Shown: positions 41,771-55,857, counted from the stretch's first letter. The stretch is 64,000 nt of DNA from the human T2T-CHM13v2.0 reference genome, Homo sapiens (GCF_009914755.1 NC_060935.1); one strand, 5' to 3'. Notes: generated by a model from the sequence alone, not told the origin. A program made the numbers and translations.

Positions 41771-44210
41771 GAGCTAACATCTAACGAGACTCCAGGGATG
41801 TTTATACTTTCAGGTTTTACCAAAACTGGAACATTCATGATCCAATGCTGTGCAAGAGGTCAAAATATCTTGACCTGATGCATTAGGAGGTTGTTGATAT
41901 TCCTTTTAGGACTCTGATTTAACATGACACGGACATTATGTTACTGCATGTCTTGGTGCAGCTTTTATTACAGTTGCCACTGCAAGCCAATGATACTTGG
42001 CCCAAAATTACATCAGACAATGAGGGAATCATTTTGTACTTCACCATCTTTGCTGTCACTTCTGCCTCCCAGGCAACTAGCCAATAATACTTGTTAGAAT
42101 AACTTTAGACTGAGAATAGTAGAGTCTGAAAAAATGAGGACTTGAGGTAGAAACTTATTTATTTCCTGTTAAAGACATTGGGGGTAAAACAGTCTAGAAG
42201 ATGTTCTAAGGAAGCGGCACTTCTCTCAGTTTGGCTTCTTTTCCCAGGGTCATATCATGGTTCTAATACTTCAGCTATTGTGTTTAAATTCCAGGTGTCA
42301 GAAGGAAGAAATGAAAAAGCAACGTTTAGAAGTTTTGTGAGTTTTTGTTTCTTCTTTTTGTTAGCCAGAACTCAGTAGTGATGCAAAGCTGCAAAAGAAA
42401 TGTAATCATTTAGTGGGGTAGCAAGGTTCCTAATTAAAAATTGAGGTTTATTTATTTATTTATTTATTTTACTAAGGAAGAAACATAACAGATATTGGGA
42501 GGCAAATAGTACATTCTGGCTACATTTTATAATAGCCTGGTCATCATTGTGTTAAATGTCCTACACTGGTCCAAGCTGTTATATTTGCTCTTAAGAGGTA
42601 AGCCGGCAAAAGATGTGTTTATATATGCTCTTCCCTCACCTAGGGATATGGCCTGGCAGTTTTCCTCTGACAAAAACTTCAAGCAAAACAGGCATCATGA
42701 TTGGTCCTCCCAGGACAGAACATTTTTAAAGAGCAGCTTTTGGATATAGTGAGCTGAGTAGTGACAGTAAATTGATGAGATCAATTTTGTGCTCATTAAG
42801 ATTTTACTGATGGTGAGGCACAACTGCCCATAGTACTGTTTCTGCAGGCCAAATAAAATTACTGCAAACTAGGCTGTAATAAATGTTATAATAGAAACTT
42901 GGAGATTTTGCAATCATAGTCTATTTCCCAAAGGGGACAGATGGCCTACTATGATATGTGTAGGCACAGAATTATTCACACTTTTATTCTAGCCATAGGC
43001 TTTTCCTGCACTTTCACCCCTGAAATCATCTTTAACAAGAACCCCACATTTACTTAAAAATGGCAAATGGTATTTAGTCAGAGGGTTTTAGCCTTGTTGC
43101 TTTCCAATGCATATTTCCACTTCAAAAATAATGTGATAGGGGTCAAGATCGTAGCTCATCTGTGGCTTCAAATGAGCTAACAAGGAAAATGAGTTTCCTA
43201 GAGAAGAATTCCAAAGCCATTTGTTTCTTTCTTCTCTAGGAACTCCTGTCAGAGAGGCTAATAATCAAGGCATTCTAGAGTGGGGAGGTACCATCTTCTC
43301 CCATAAGATTCTGTTGGACTATGTCAAAACTTGGAAACATCATCTCCAACAAATGAGTTGGCCGAGTGTATTAGGCTACACCCAGAAAAACACAGGAGCG
43401 CTTGGAAGGAATTTCAGAATATCCTGGCAGATTTACACTTGAGGATTTTTGTTTGGAATTTATCTTTTTAATATAAATGTTACACGGTTTTTATGTTACA
43501 CACACACAAACACACACAATGTACATATTCATTGTGCCTTCCAAACTTCTACTCTTTCTGAACACAAACTATTCACTGCAGTAAGAGTGTCCAATGGTTA
43601 CCATAAATGGCAACTCCTTTGTGCTTATGTTTAGGTTTACATCTATCACATGAATAACTCAGCATGGGAATTCCTCATCTTAATTGTCAGTTAATCCAAA
43701 TTCTACCCAAACTCTTGTTTTCAAAGCTCTACTTCTTTACTTCGCTGAATTTGACTTGTTGGTATGTTAATTTCTTCTCCGTATTCTTACCTCTCTTACT
43801 GTAAACTTTGTATGATTTACATTTTTCTTAATCTAGAGCAGGCACTTCCATACACTGGGAATACTGCCTAGTGCAAATGATGTTTTTAAGCAGAGGAGTG
43901 ATAGTGGCATAAAAAAATCAGAAGTGTTCTGACGATAATTACTTTACTTTTTCATCCATTCATTCATTTGACAAATATTAATTAAGCACTGACTGTGTGT
44001 TAGCAACAATTCTAGATATAGTAAGGCTTTTCAATCTTTTGAATCTTCTGCTAAAAATGGGACATATTAAATAACAAAAATGTAGGAACCCGACCTCCAC
44101 ATCTAGACTCTTCATTAATACTTATTTTAAATTTTACAATTAGTATGTTATTAATCATCTAGTTTGTGGAAGACACTGTGCTGAGTGATATAGAAAATTT
44201 AATAAAAAAT

Positions 44211-44251
44211 TTAAATCAGGGCTTCAAACTATTAAATCAGGGCTTCAAACT
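44211..44251 (+). repeat. Tandem duplication ttaaatcagggcttcaaact x2 (21-bp period)
   Basis: Exact 20-bp copies at 44211-44230 and 44232-44251. Confidence 0.95.
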
Positions 44252-44301
44252 GGAAACATAAGTCAAAAGAACTAACAAGAAAAGGCAGACAAAATAAGCT
44301 C

Positions 44302-44380
44302 CTAATATATAGCTTATTCTTAAGCTATATATTAGCTTATATATATTTAATATATAGCTTATTCTTAAGCTATATATTAA
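44302..44380. repeat. Two tandem perfect hairpins (15-bp arms, TTCT loop)
   Basis: ctaatatatagctta-ttct-taagctatatattag (44302-44335) and ttaatatatagctta-ttct-taagctatatattaa (44347-44380). Confidence 0.95.
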
Positions 44381-45875
44381 AGAATCAAAGGCAGCAGAGA
44401 TTATGTTATAATATAAAGGAGAAATTTGAAATGGGCTTTGAAGGAGAAGTAGAATTTAAAGTGATAAGTGGACGGAGGAGAGGTGAGCAGGGAGAAGAAC
44501 ATAAGCAAATATATGTTGGTGAAAATAACAAGGTATGCTTTTTGAAGAAGGCAAAATCTATCTGATTTGGCAGAGAAACTATACTAAGAGTAAAAGGCAT
44601 GACTAGAAAAGTGGCTCAGATTGGTTATAGAAGTCTTTACATGTCTGGTAAAGCCATAGGAAGCTACTGAAGATTTTTAAGTAGAGGAGTATGAAGAAGA
44701 AAATAAGGATTTGAAAATATTTATCTAGCATATTTCCAAGTTCTATTAGTCAGATGTGAAGAAAAAAATCAAGAGTGGCAAAGCAGGAATATAGCTTAAG
44801 CCTATATATTTGATTATTAAAATCTACAGCTGATACTTTTGTCTTCCAACTCAGGATCTATAGGCAGAACTTTTCTCCGGGGTTCACAATCATTTGTTTC
44901 ACTCCAGTTGTTTAGACAATTACTTTCACCTAGAAACAAACAAAAACTCCTTCTTTGCCTCATGTTAATGCCTATTCCTCCAGGCCTTCTCAGTTGCTGC
45001 TGAAACGTATGCCTGTAATTAAAATTCCAATGAATGGAAAAATTATTTTCAGTAAGTTTGACAAGAAATAGGATGCATTACATCTCAGCCTAAGAAATTT
45101 GAACACTTCTTTTGTAAATAGAATAATATAACAAACACACAATGAAAACCAGTTTATATAAGGAATAATATTACTTTAACAATATGGACAGTTGTAAAGA
45201 AGATGCAGTATAATGGGGTATAAATATTTTATTGCTCAAAGCGGAAGAGGAGAATGTGTGGTTGGTGGTAGAAGCAGAATGGAGGGATAATCTATGGAAT
45301 GTGCATTTTTTTGTGAACAATTTTCTTTAAATGTTTTTTAAACTTGTTAGAACTAAAGATTCTCATGCGTTCAGACTACACTTAAAAATAGTCATTGCAT
45401 AGAAAAAAATTTTAGGAAAAAACAAAGGCTAAGTACAATTACACCCATACTAATTAATTATTTACACAATAGATTGAAGTATCCAAAAATGCTATTTCAT
45501 CACCTTTGTAGCTTTGTGTATGTGTACAAAGTAAACAAATTTGATTTCATCCAAACATGGTACAGTTTAAATTGTTTCCACATAATATTCTGTGACTAGA
45601 CACTGCTGGGTCAGGTAGATGAATGTATTTTACCTAAAACTATCTCAACATACCAATTCTTACAGTATAATTATTTACTGTGTTTTCTGATGCCTGACTT
45701 CTTTTGATTACCATTAATAAGACTCAACCATTCTCCAACTTCCCAGTGATTTATTGGATTCTTAGTCTTGTGTCATGGAAGTTGGATTTAAGGTAATGAA
45801 CTAGCAGACAATGCTCTGTGCATCACAATCAGATTCTGCTAATTAAATATTATCTCTGTTTCATTAGTGCTCTCA

Positions 45876-48800
45876 GGTATTGAGGTATAATTGACAAATA
45901 AAAATTGTATATATTCTAAGTACGCAATGTGATGACGTGATATACCTATACATTGTATAATGACTACCATAAAGTTAATTAACACACCATCACCATTCAC
46001 AGTTGCTATTTGGTTGTGCATGTGTGTTTGTGTGTGAGTCTGTGTGTGGTGAAGACACTTAAAATCTCACTTATCAAATGTCAAGCAAACAATACATTAC
46101 TGTTAACTAAAGTCACCATGCTGTACATTAGATCTCTAGAACATATCTTGTAACTAATGCTTGCACCTTTTAACCTACATCTCCTCATTTCCATTATCCC
46201 AGCCTCTGGTAACCACCATTCTACTCTCTGCTTTTATGAGTTTGACTTTTTAATATTCCATCTACAAATAAGTTTGGATTCTTAGTCTTGTGTCATGGAA
46301 GTCGGATTTAAGGTAATGAGCTAGCAGACAATGCTCTCTGTGCATCACAACCAGATTCTCCTAATTAAACAGTATTTCTATTTCATGCAGAGTATTTGCC
46401 TTTCTGTGTTTGGCTTATTTCTCTTAGCATAATGTTCTCCACATTCATTTACATTGTCACAAAAGGCAAGACTTCCTTTTTTAATCACTGAATCATATTC
46501 TTTTGTGTGCGCGCACACACACACACATAAATATACCACTTCACCATATTTTCATTAACGCTTGGACAGCTAGGTGTTTCCATATATTGTCTATTGTGAA
46601 TAATGCTGCAATAAACATGAGAGTACAGATATGTCTTCAAGATACTTACTTCATTTTCTTTAGATGTATACCTGGAAATGAGATTGCTGGGTTGCATGGT
46701 TGTTCCATTTTTAATTTTTGAGGAACTTCCATACTATTTTCCATCATGCTTGTATCAATTTACATTTCCACTAACATTGTACAAAGATTCCATTTCTCCA
46801 TGCCTTTACTAACACCTTTTAAGTGTACAAAGGTTCGTACATCAATGTATAAAGGTTTATACATCATGTTTAATGTGCAATGTACAATCTATTTTCTTTT
46901 GGATAATAGCTATTGTAACTATTGTGAGGTGATATCTCCTTGTGGTTTTAATTTGCATTTCCCTGATGATTTGTGATGTTAAGCCCTTTTCACGTACCTG
47001 TTGGCCATTTTAATATTTTCTTCGGAAAAATATCTTTTCAGGCCTTTGGAGCACTTTTTAATTGAGTTATTTGGTTTAATGTTTATTTTGTTTATTTGCT
47101 GTGCAGAAGTTTTTTTGTTTGTTTGTTTGTTTTTTAGTTCGATGCAGTATCACTTGTATATTTTTGCTTTTGTTGCTTGTACTTTTGTTGTTATATCCAA
47201 TAAAATATTGCCAAGACCAATATCAAGGTGTTTTTCTCTTTTTTCTGTTAGGAGTTTTTATGTTTTCAGACCTTATATTTAAGTCTTTGAAGTTAATTAT
47301 TGTATATAATATTAGACAAGGATTCAATTTTATTCTTGTGCATGTGGATATTCAGTTTCCCCAGCACCATTTATTGAGAAGATTATCCTTTTCTTGTGTG
47401 TACTGTTTGTGCCCTTGTGAAAGATTAGTTGACAATATATGTGTGAATATATTTCTTAGCTCTCTACTCAGTTCCATTGAATGTGTATCATTTTTGTGCA
47501 AATACAATACGGTTTTGATTACTGTAACTTTGTAACGTACTTTGAAATTAGAAAGTGTAATATCTCTAGCTTTGTTTTTCTTTCATAAGATTACTTTAGA
47601 TATTGTGTTTCATTCAACTTTTATTATTTTTAAAATTACTTCTGTAGAAACCATTATTGGAACTTTAATAGGGATTGCACTGATTCCATGAATTGCTCTG
47701 TGTTATATGGACATTTTAACAATATTAATTTTCCAATCTATGAACATGGGATATCCTTCCATTTATGTCTCTTCTTTATCTTTTTTCATCAATTTTTGAC
47801 AGCTTTCAGTGTACAGATCTTTCACCTTATTGGCTATCTGTATGCCCAATTTTTTATTCTTTTGTTATTGTAAATTAGATTGCTTTCTTAATTCATTTTT
47901 TGGAAAGTTTGTTGTCAGTAAATAGAAACAAAACTGAGTTCTGTATACTGATTTTGTATCCTGCAAGCTTACTGAATCTTTTTTTTTTTATTCTAACAGT
48001 TTTTTGGTGTAGTCTTTAGGGTTTTCCATAGACAACATTATGTTATCTGCAAACAGAGCCAATTTAAATTCTTCCTTTCCAATTTGGATGTCTTTTCTTA
48101 TTCTTTCCTTGTCTAATTGCTCAGGCTAGGACTTCCAATCCTATATAGAGAGAGTAGAAATGGTGAGAGTGGAGACTCTAGTTTTGTTCTTGAACTTTGA
48201 GTAAAAGGTTGCAGCTTTTCACTGTTGAGTGTGATATCAGCTGTGGACTTTTCAAATATAATTTTTATTATATTGAAATATAGTCATGCTATATGTAATT
48301 TGTTAAGAATTTTTATCAGGAAAAAGTTTGAATTTTATTAAATTGAAATTTATTATTGAATTTTATTAATTTTATTTAATCATTGAAATGATCATATTAT
48401 TTAAATCTTTCATTCTGTTAATGTTGTGTTGTGTATCTTATATATTGATTTGCATGTGTTGAAACATTTTTGCATCCCAAGGATAAATCCTAGTTGATCA
48501 TGGAAAATGATTCTTTCATGTGCTGTTGAATTTGGTTTGCTAGTATTTTGTTGAGAATTTTTGCATTGATGTTCATCAGAGATAGCAGCCTGTAATTTCC
48601 TTTGCTTACAGTGTTCTTATCTGACTTTGGTTTTAGAATAATTCTGGTCACATAAAATGAATTTAAACCTTTTCTTTCTCTTCAATTTTTTGAATAGTTT
48701 GAAAAAGATTGGTGTAAATTATTCTTTAAATGCTTGGTAAAATTTACCAGAAAAGCCATCTGGTCTCCAGCTTTAGTTGTTTGGAGGATTTTAATTACTG

Positions 48801-49730
48801 ATTCAATCTTCTTACAGATTATTGGTCTGTATAGATTTTCTATTTCTTCACAATGCAATCTTTCAAGTTGTATGTTTCTAGGATTCTATACATTTCTTTT
48901 ATATTATAATATTTGTTGGCATATAATTCTTATAGTATTCTTGAATGAGCCTTTGTATTTCTGTAGGATAAGTTGTAATGTCTCTTTTCCCATTTTATTT
49001 ATTTGAATGCTCTCTTTTTTATTCATGGTTAGTCTAGGTAAAGGTCTGTCTGTCCATTTTGATTATATTTTTATAAAAACAGCTTTGAGTTGTTTTTAAA
49101 TTTTCCATTTATATTTTATATTTTATATTATCTTTCTAATTTCTAGTTCATTTATTTCTGATCTTCATTACTTTCTTTATTCTGCTGACTTTGGGGTTAA
49201 TTTGTTTCTCTTTTCTTTGTTCCTTGAGATGTGATTTTAGGTTGTTTATTTGAGATTTTTGTTTTTTTCTTCTTTTTATTTTAATGTAGCATTCATTGCT
49301 ATAAACTTCCCTCCTAGAACAGCCTTTGCTACATTTCATAAATTTTGGCATGTTGTGTTTGTTTGCCTCAAAATACATTTTTCATTTTCTATTTAAACTT
49401 TTAACCATAGGTTTTTCAAGAGTGTGCTATTTAATTTCCACACAATTGGAAATTTCCCAGTCTTCCTCTTGTTATTGATTTCTAGTTTCATACCATTATA
49501 GTCAGAAAAGATACTTGAGATGATTTCTATTTTCTTAAATTTGTTAATACTTGTTTTGTGGCCCAACATGTGATTTATTCTGAAGAATGTTCTGTGTGCA
49601 CTTGAGAAAAATGTGAGTCTGCTGCTGTTGAAAGAAATTTTCTGTACATCTGTTAGGTACATTTGGTCTGTGGCATTCTACAAGTCTGCTGTTTTCATTT
49701 TTCTTTTCTGTCTGGATAAACTATTCACTT
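45876..49730 (-). mobile_element. L1MA (MA8-10-like) 3'UTR and ORF2, ~3.8 kb
   Basis: 'attgaggtataattgacaaataaaaattgtatata' 3' end; ORF 49393-49662 TFFSSAHRTFFRINHMLGHK..FSDYNGMKLEINN = L1 EN C-terminal motif. Confidence 0.9.
46274..46386 (+). repeat. ~112-bp direct copy of 45754-45864
   Basis: Alignable with about 8 substitutions and one 2-bp indel. Confidence 0.93.
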
Positions 49731-49758
49731 GCGAATATGCTTCAATGTCTCTGCCTAG

Positions 49759-49880
49759 TTTTTTGTTTTTGTTTTTTGAGACAGGGTCTTGCTATGTTGA
49801 CAGGCTGGTCCCAAACTCCTGTCCTCAGTCAGTCCTTCTGCCTCCTGCTTCAGCCTCCCAACATGCTGGGATTATGGTTT
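49759..49880 (-). mobile_element. FLAM/AluJ monomer
   Basis: 'ttttgagacagggtcttgctatgttgacaggctggtc...gcctcccaacatgctgggatta'. Confidence 0.85.
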
Positions 49881-50294
49881 CTGCTAAATTTTTAACCTTC
49901 CCCATAGTTATATCTATTGCTCTATTTGCCAGGCACCAAATATAAGTGGCCCATCCTGATCAATCATTCTCATTCAGCCATGTCTAACATAAAATATCTC
50001 TCTGTGTTAAAATTTAGAATAACCAATATGAACAACATATTTGGGTGGGGTCCACCCCATTGCAGTTAACTATGAGGAAGAGGATTTAAGGATGCAGGTC
50101 CAAGTATTCCAATATATAAGCTGTCCCCTTCTGAAGCCATAGAGGGAACTAAGAAGGAGATACGGAGACAAGAAAGAAAGATCAAAACTGATTCATGTAA
50201 CATTTTTTTTTTTAGAGGTCATCTTATTTGCCAGACTTTTGTGAGTCTGGAATCCAACAGATGTTTAATGTCTGTATTGCATTTGTCTAATGGT

Positions 50295-50465
50295 AGTGGC
50301 AGCTACAAAAGCACTGGACTAGTGATAAAAAGGCACTGCTATTAGGTGAATTTCTGCCAATGAATAGTTCTGTGACCTTGAGTGAATCAGCTGTCCACTC
50401 AGAAACCCACTTGTCTTATCCATAAAATAGGAACATTGAGTTGAATAAAAGCTTTAAGTCTCTTC
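50295..50465 (+). mobile_element. MIR/MIR3
   Basis: 'tgtgaccttgagtgaatca...tcttatccataaaatagg'. Confidence 0.6.
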
Positions 50466-52069
50466 TTCATCTAAAATTCAATAAGCTTCTTTGTATGATA
50501 ATATTCATTTGTAAAATGAGAAGGTTTGCAAGGATGGCATACTTCAGTGATGGTAAAAATATGTTTTTCAAATATAGTGAGTGTTATATAAATGCAAAGC
50601 AGTTACAGGCAGGTTTAGATAATGTTTAGTGCTTTGCTGTTAGCTTTCATAAAACCACTACAACGTTTGAGTGTTATCTTTTTCCTTATACGTATATACT
50701 ATTTTTTTAAAGAACTTGGTTTATGAGCATGTGTTTCCTAGAACAGGTCCAAAACATTTGTTCACTTTTCCTGGAAATAAAGACTTCTAAAATGTAAATA
50801 AAAAGCTGATGCTATGTTGTTCTTCTTTTAAACTTATTTATTTTCATTTCTCTCTTTGATTTCCTGCTGCCCTACTAAAGTCTTGTGGAAACATAAGACA
50901 TGCTTTTTACTTTGTTGTAGAAGCCTTCCTATTGTCTAGACACTGACTTTATCGCTGCTCTTGAAAAGTTTTCTATCTCTCTTCCTTTACATCTACACTC
51001 TTGGTTTCAGTTGATTAGTGCTACTGGAGCCCCTGAGTTGTACTTATAGGGAATAATAAAATGGACTAAAAATTCTTGTAGAAGCCGAAGTGGAGAAGTG
51101 AAAGGGTTTTGTTGTTGTTGTTGTTTTTGCAATGGTCTTGGGTTTTGGCCTAGGAATATCTAGTATTTACTGCAATCTCCACCAGTAACTTCCTGTGTGA
51201 TTAGACAGTTTCTTAACATTTATGAATTTCAAAGATCATATGAGAAAAATATTTTAAAAATTTATATTTTTTGGTAAAATTTAATCAAATAGTTATTACC
51301 TAGATTACTTGGTATATTTTGTATGTGATCAATAAATATGAAGTTGTACATTAGTTCCTTCAGTCCAATGCTCCTTGCCATATTTCATTTTTTCTCACTA
51401 TCAATTATTTTATACATGAGGTAAATATATATGACATATATATTTGTTTACTTTCACTTGTCAGATTCTTTCATTGAGTTTCCTGGAACATAGATATGTC
51501 TTGTTCATTGACAACATTCTAGCATTGAGGACAGTGAATAGAGAAAAGTATGATCTAAAGGTACATGTTTTAAGGGAAAGCATGATATATATTTGTATGG
51601 CAGTTATAGTTTATCAAGACTATTACAGAAAATATCTAGATGTTAGAGTTTATGCTGACCTACATACATAAAATAAACACACAAAAATAATGAGGATCAG
51701 AAAAAGGCACTGCTAGTTCTTGAACTACAAGCATCCCATACTCACTGGTGTTTTAAATTATAGGCCAGTTTTAGAGTTGCAATTCAGAGAAAAATCAAAC
51801 TAAAATTAAAAATAGAAATTTGGAGGAACAGGGCTTTTTTCCAGTTTTCCAATGGTTTTCCTCTGTAACTGTACCGATATATAAAATTAATGAACTGTTG
51901 CATTTTATAACTGGTAGGAACCAGGAAATCTTCAAGTCATTACCATTTTTATCAATACTGCTGAAGATTCATTTCTTGATTGAGCACTTACATCTAGTTA
52001 AACGAAGCTTATCATAGAAAGACTGCCTCCTCTTTGTTATCTTTCAGTTTGCAGTATTTTGACAGATAT

Positions 52070-52560
52070 ACTTAAACATTCATTTAACATGCATTCATTG
52101 TGTGGTTAAAAGTCTCTTTGGGGCCAGATGTCGTGATATATGTTTGAAACATAGAGAAAGAGCTCACAGTCTGGAGGAGGGACCAAATAAGTGAACTAGC
52201 AATTATTATACAGTCTAATATAAACAATAAAAATATACATACAAAATAATAAGGAGGCAGGAGTAAAGGGTGCATTCATCAGTAAAGGCTTAATGGATTC
52301 TGTAATACATGAGCTTAATCTTAACAAATATATGAGATTTAATTAGGCTGCAAAAAAGAGCAGTGGTCGGTCAGAGAAGCCTGAATATGTGAAGACAGAA
52401 AAGTGTGAGTACACATGTTGTGTTTCATGATCCACAGGTAGTTCTGTAGACCTGAGAGAGATTTCATCCTGAGAGGACAGGTCATGAGGCTATAAAGGAG
52501 GACAAGATTAGCAGTTTAAATCATACAAGGTGTCAGACTGAACTCCAAGTTTATATTTCA
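52070..52560 (-). mobile_element. L2 fragment
   Basis: 'gagctcacagtct...tgagcttaatctt' antisense L2 pattern. Confidence 0.55.
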
Positions 52561-53023
52561 GGCTGAGGACATGTAGGTGATAATATGATAAAACAGTATA
52601 GGGGATAGAATGAGGAAGGGGAAGGCAAGTAGTTACTGAGCCAGATTTTGAAAGAACAAGTAGATTCAAAAACTAAAACCACAGATGAAATAGCATTTAG
52701 AATTGAATATAAAAATTTCAAAGACTCCATGTTGGAAGTACAATATAAAACATAGTAACTGATGTAATATGTTGCCAAGATCCACCTTCCAGAATGAAGA
52801 TGGGTCATGACAGCTATTTGGAGCGCTGCTGGCTGACAACTCTAAGTTGTCAACCCCCTTGGGGATTGCTTCTAGTTCTGAAGTAAGCTGCTACCTTGGC
52901 TAAGGTCAAGTTCCCTATCCTATGTGTCCTGCATGCAAAGACTGATTGATAGGTAGAGTATAAAGGACCCTCCTAACTCAATATTGGAAAAAACCCTGAA
53001 AACCTATGAAGAGTCATACTATC

Positions 53024-55857
53024 TGTGTTTGTCTGTTTGTATTGGTGTAAAGAAGTACCTGAGGCTTGGTAATTTATAAACAAAAAAGGGTTGTTTGGCT
53101 CATTGTTCTGCAAACTGTACACAAAGCATAGTGACAGCATCTGCTTCTAGTGAGGGTCCTAGGAAACTTACAATCATGGTAGAAGCTGAAGGGGAGCCAG
53201 TGTGTCACATGGTGAGAGAGGGAGTAAGACAGCAAAAGAGGAGGTGGCAGGCCCTTTTAAACAACTAGATCTCATGTGAATTCATAGAGTAAGAACTCAC
53301 TTATCATCACAGGATAGCAAAAAGCCATTCAAAAGGAATTAGCCCCCATGACAGAAACACCTCCTACTAGGTCCACCTCCAACACTGAAGTCAAATTTCA
53401 ATATGAGATTTGGAGGAGAGAAAACATCCAAACCATATTATTTCATCCTTGCCCCCCACCCAAATCTCACACTTTTCTCACATTTCAGGATACAATTATC
53501 CCATCCTAATATTTCCCAAAAGTCTTAACTCATTCCAGCATCACTCAAAAGTCTAAAGTCCAAAGTCTCATCTGACATTCAAGGCAATTTTCTTCCACCC
53601 ATGAGCCTGTGAAATCAAAGCAAGCTATTTACTTCCAAGATATAGTGGTGGTAGAGGCACTGGGTATACATTCCCTTTCCAAATAGAGAAATCAGCCAAA
53701 AGAAAGAGTCAACAGACCTCATGCAAGTCCGAAACCCAGGAGGGAAGTCATTAAATTTTAAGGCTCCACAATAATCTTGTTTGACTCCATGTCCCATATC
53801 CAGGGCACACTGGGGCAAGGGGTGAGCTTCCAAGGCATTGGGCAGCTCTGCACTGTGGCTTTATAGGGTACAGCCACCAAAGCTACTCTTACAGGTTGAA
53901 GTTGAGTGCCTGCAGCTTTTCCAGGTGCAGAGTACAAGCTGTCTCCTATTCTCAAATCTGGAGGGCAATGGCCCCATTCCCACAACTCCACTAGGCAGTG
54001 CCCTGTGGGGACTCTGTGTGGAGGCTCCAATTACACATTTCCTCTTGGTACTGTCCTAGGAGCATCTCACCACAGGGGAGCCAACCTTGTAGCAGGTTTC
54101 TGCCTGGGTGCCCAGGCTTTCTGAAACATCCACTTAAATCTAGGTGGAAGCTGCCAAGAACCTCCTTTCCTCTTGCTTTCTGCACATCTGCAGACTTAAC
54201 AGCACATGGAAGTCACCAAAGCTTATGGCTTGTACCCTCAAGAGCAGTAGCCCAGGCTGTACCCATGGCCCTTTGAACCATGGTTAGAGTTGAAGCAGCA
54301 GGGATGCAGGGAGCAGCGTCTTGATGCTGTGTAGGGCAGTGAGGCCCAAGGCCTGTTCCTCAAACCGCTTCTTCCTCCTAGGCCTCTGGGCATGTGATGG
54401 GAAGTGCTGTTCTGAAGACTTCTGAAATTATTTCGAAGCATTATTCCCATTGTCTTGGATGTTAGCACTTGGCTCCTTTTAGTCACACAAATCTCTCTAG
54501 CAAGTGATTACTCCACAGCCCTCTTGAATTTATCTCCTGAAAACGTTTTTTTTTCTAGAAAGAAAACTTCTAGAAGTTCTAGAAAGAGAACTACCCATGT
54601 CCAGGCTGCAAATTTTTCAGATATTTACACTCTGCTTTTCTTGTTTATATAAGTTCCAACTTTAAGTCATTTCTTTTTGCCCACATTTGATCATAACTGT
54701 TGTTAGAAGCAGCCATGCCATATCTTGAATGGTTTGCTGCTTAGAAATTTCCTCCGACATATACTCTAAGTAATAATTCTTCAGTTCACTGTTCCACAAA
54801 GTGCTGGGATATGGACACAATGCAGCCAAACTCTTTGCTAGGGCATAATAAGGATGACATTTACTCTAGTTCTGAATAAATTCATCATTTCCATCTAAGA
54901 TTTCATCAGCCTGTCCTTCACTATTCATATTTCAATCAGTATTTTGGTCACAACCACTTTACAAGTCTCTAAGAATTTCCAAACTTTCTCTTATCTTTCA
55001 ATGTCATCTTCTGAGACCCCCAAGCTCTTTCAACATCTGACTGTTACCTAGTTCCAAAGCTGCTCCCATATTTTCAAATATCTTTATAACAACACTTCAC
55101 CCCTTAGTACCAATTTTCTATGTTAGTTTGCGTTGTTATAAAGAAATACCTGAGGGTGGGTAATTTATTAAAATTAAAAAAAAGAGGTTTATTTGGCTCA
55201 CAGTTATGCAGGTTGTACATGAAACATACTGCCAGCATCTGCTTCTGGTGAGGGCCTCAGGAAGCTTACAATCATGGCAGAAGGTGAAGGGAAGCTGGGA
55301 TGTCACATTGTAAGAGGGAGTAAGAGAGCAAGGGAGGAGGCGTCAGGCTCTTTTAAACAACCAGATCTAGGCCAGGCAGGTGGCTTATGCCTGTAATCCC
55401 AGCATTTTAGGAGGACAAAGCAGTCAGACCACCTGAGGTCAGGAGTTTGAGACCAATCTAGCCAACATGGTGAAACCCCTCTCTACTAAAAGTACAAAAA
55501 TTAGCTTGGTGTGGTGGTACATGCCTGTAATCCCAGCTACTCAGGGGGCTGAGGCAGGATAATTGCCTGAACCCAGGAGGCAGAGGTTGCGGTGAGCCGG
55601 GATCACACCACTGCAATCCAGAGGGAAACTCTGTCTCAAAACAAAAACAAACAAACAAACAAACAAACAAACAAAACAGAAAAAAACAGCAGATCTAGTG
55701 TGAACTCACAGAGTGAGAATTTACTCACTTTCGTACCAAGTCATTCATGAGGGATCCACCCCCATGATCCAAACACCTCCCAGTAGGCACACTCCCAGCA
55801 CCAGAGGTCATATTTCAACATGAGATTTGGAGGAGACAAAACATCCAAACCATATCA
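53024..55857 (-). mobile_element. Complete MSTB-like MaLR provirus: LTRs 53024-53440 and 55119-55857, internal 53441-55118
   Basis: Two homologous LTRs ending 'acatccaaaccatat(t/c)a'; TSD ctatc/gtatc; MST-internal sequence. Confidence 0.9.
55370..55683 (+). mobile_element. AluS inserted in MSTB LTR
   Basis: ggccaggc...; (AAAC)n tail; TSD aaacaaccagatcta / aaacagcagatcta. Confidence 0.93.

Larger units (their letters stand above)
43945..44750 (-). mobile_element. L2 fragments
   Basis: 'catccattcattcatttgacaaatattaattaagcac' L2 3' end; purine-rich antisense body. Confidence 0.6.

Noticed and set aside
44211-44380. CRISPR-like repeat array
   Set aside because: Primate DNA; only two copies per unit, no unique spacers, no cas genes.
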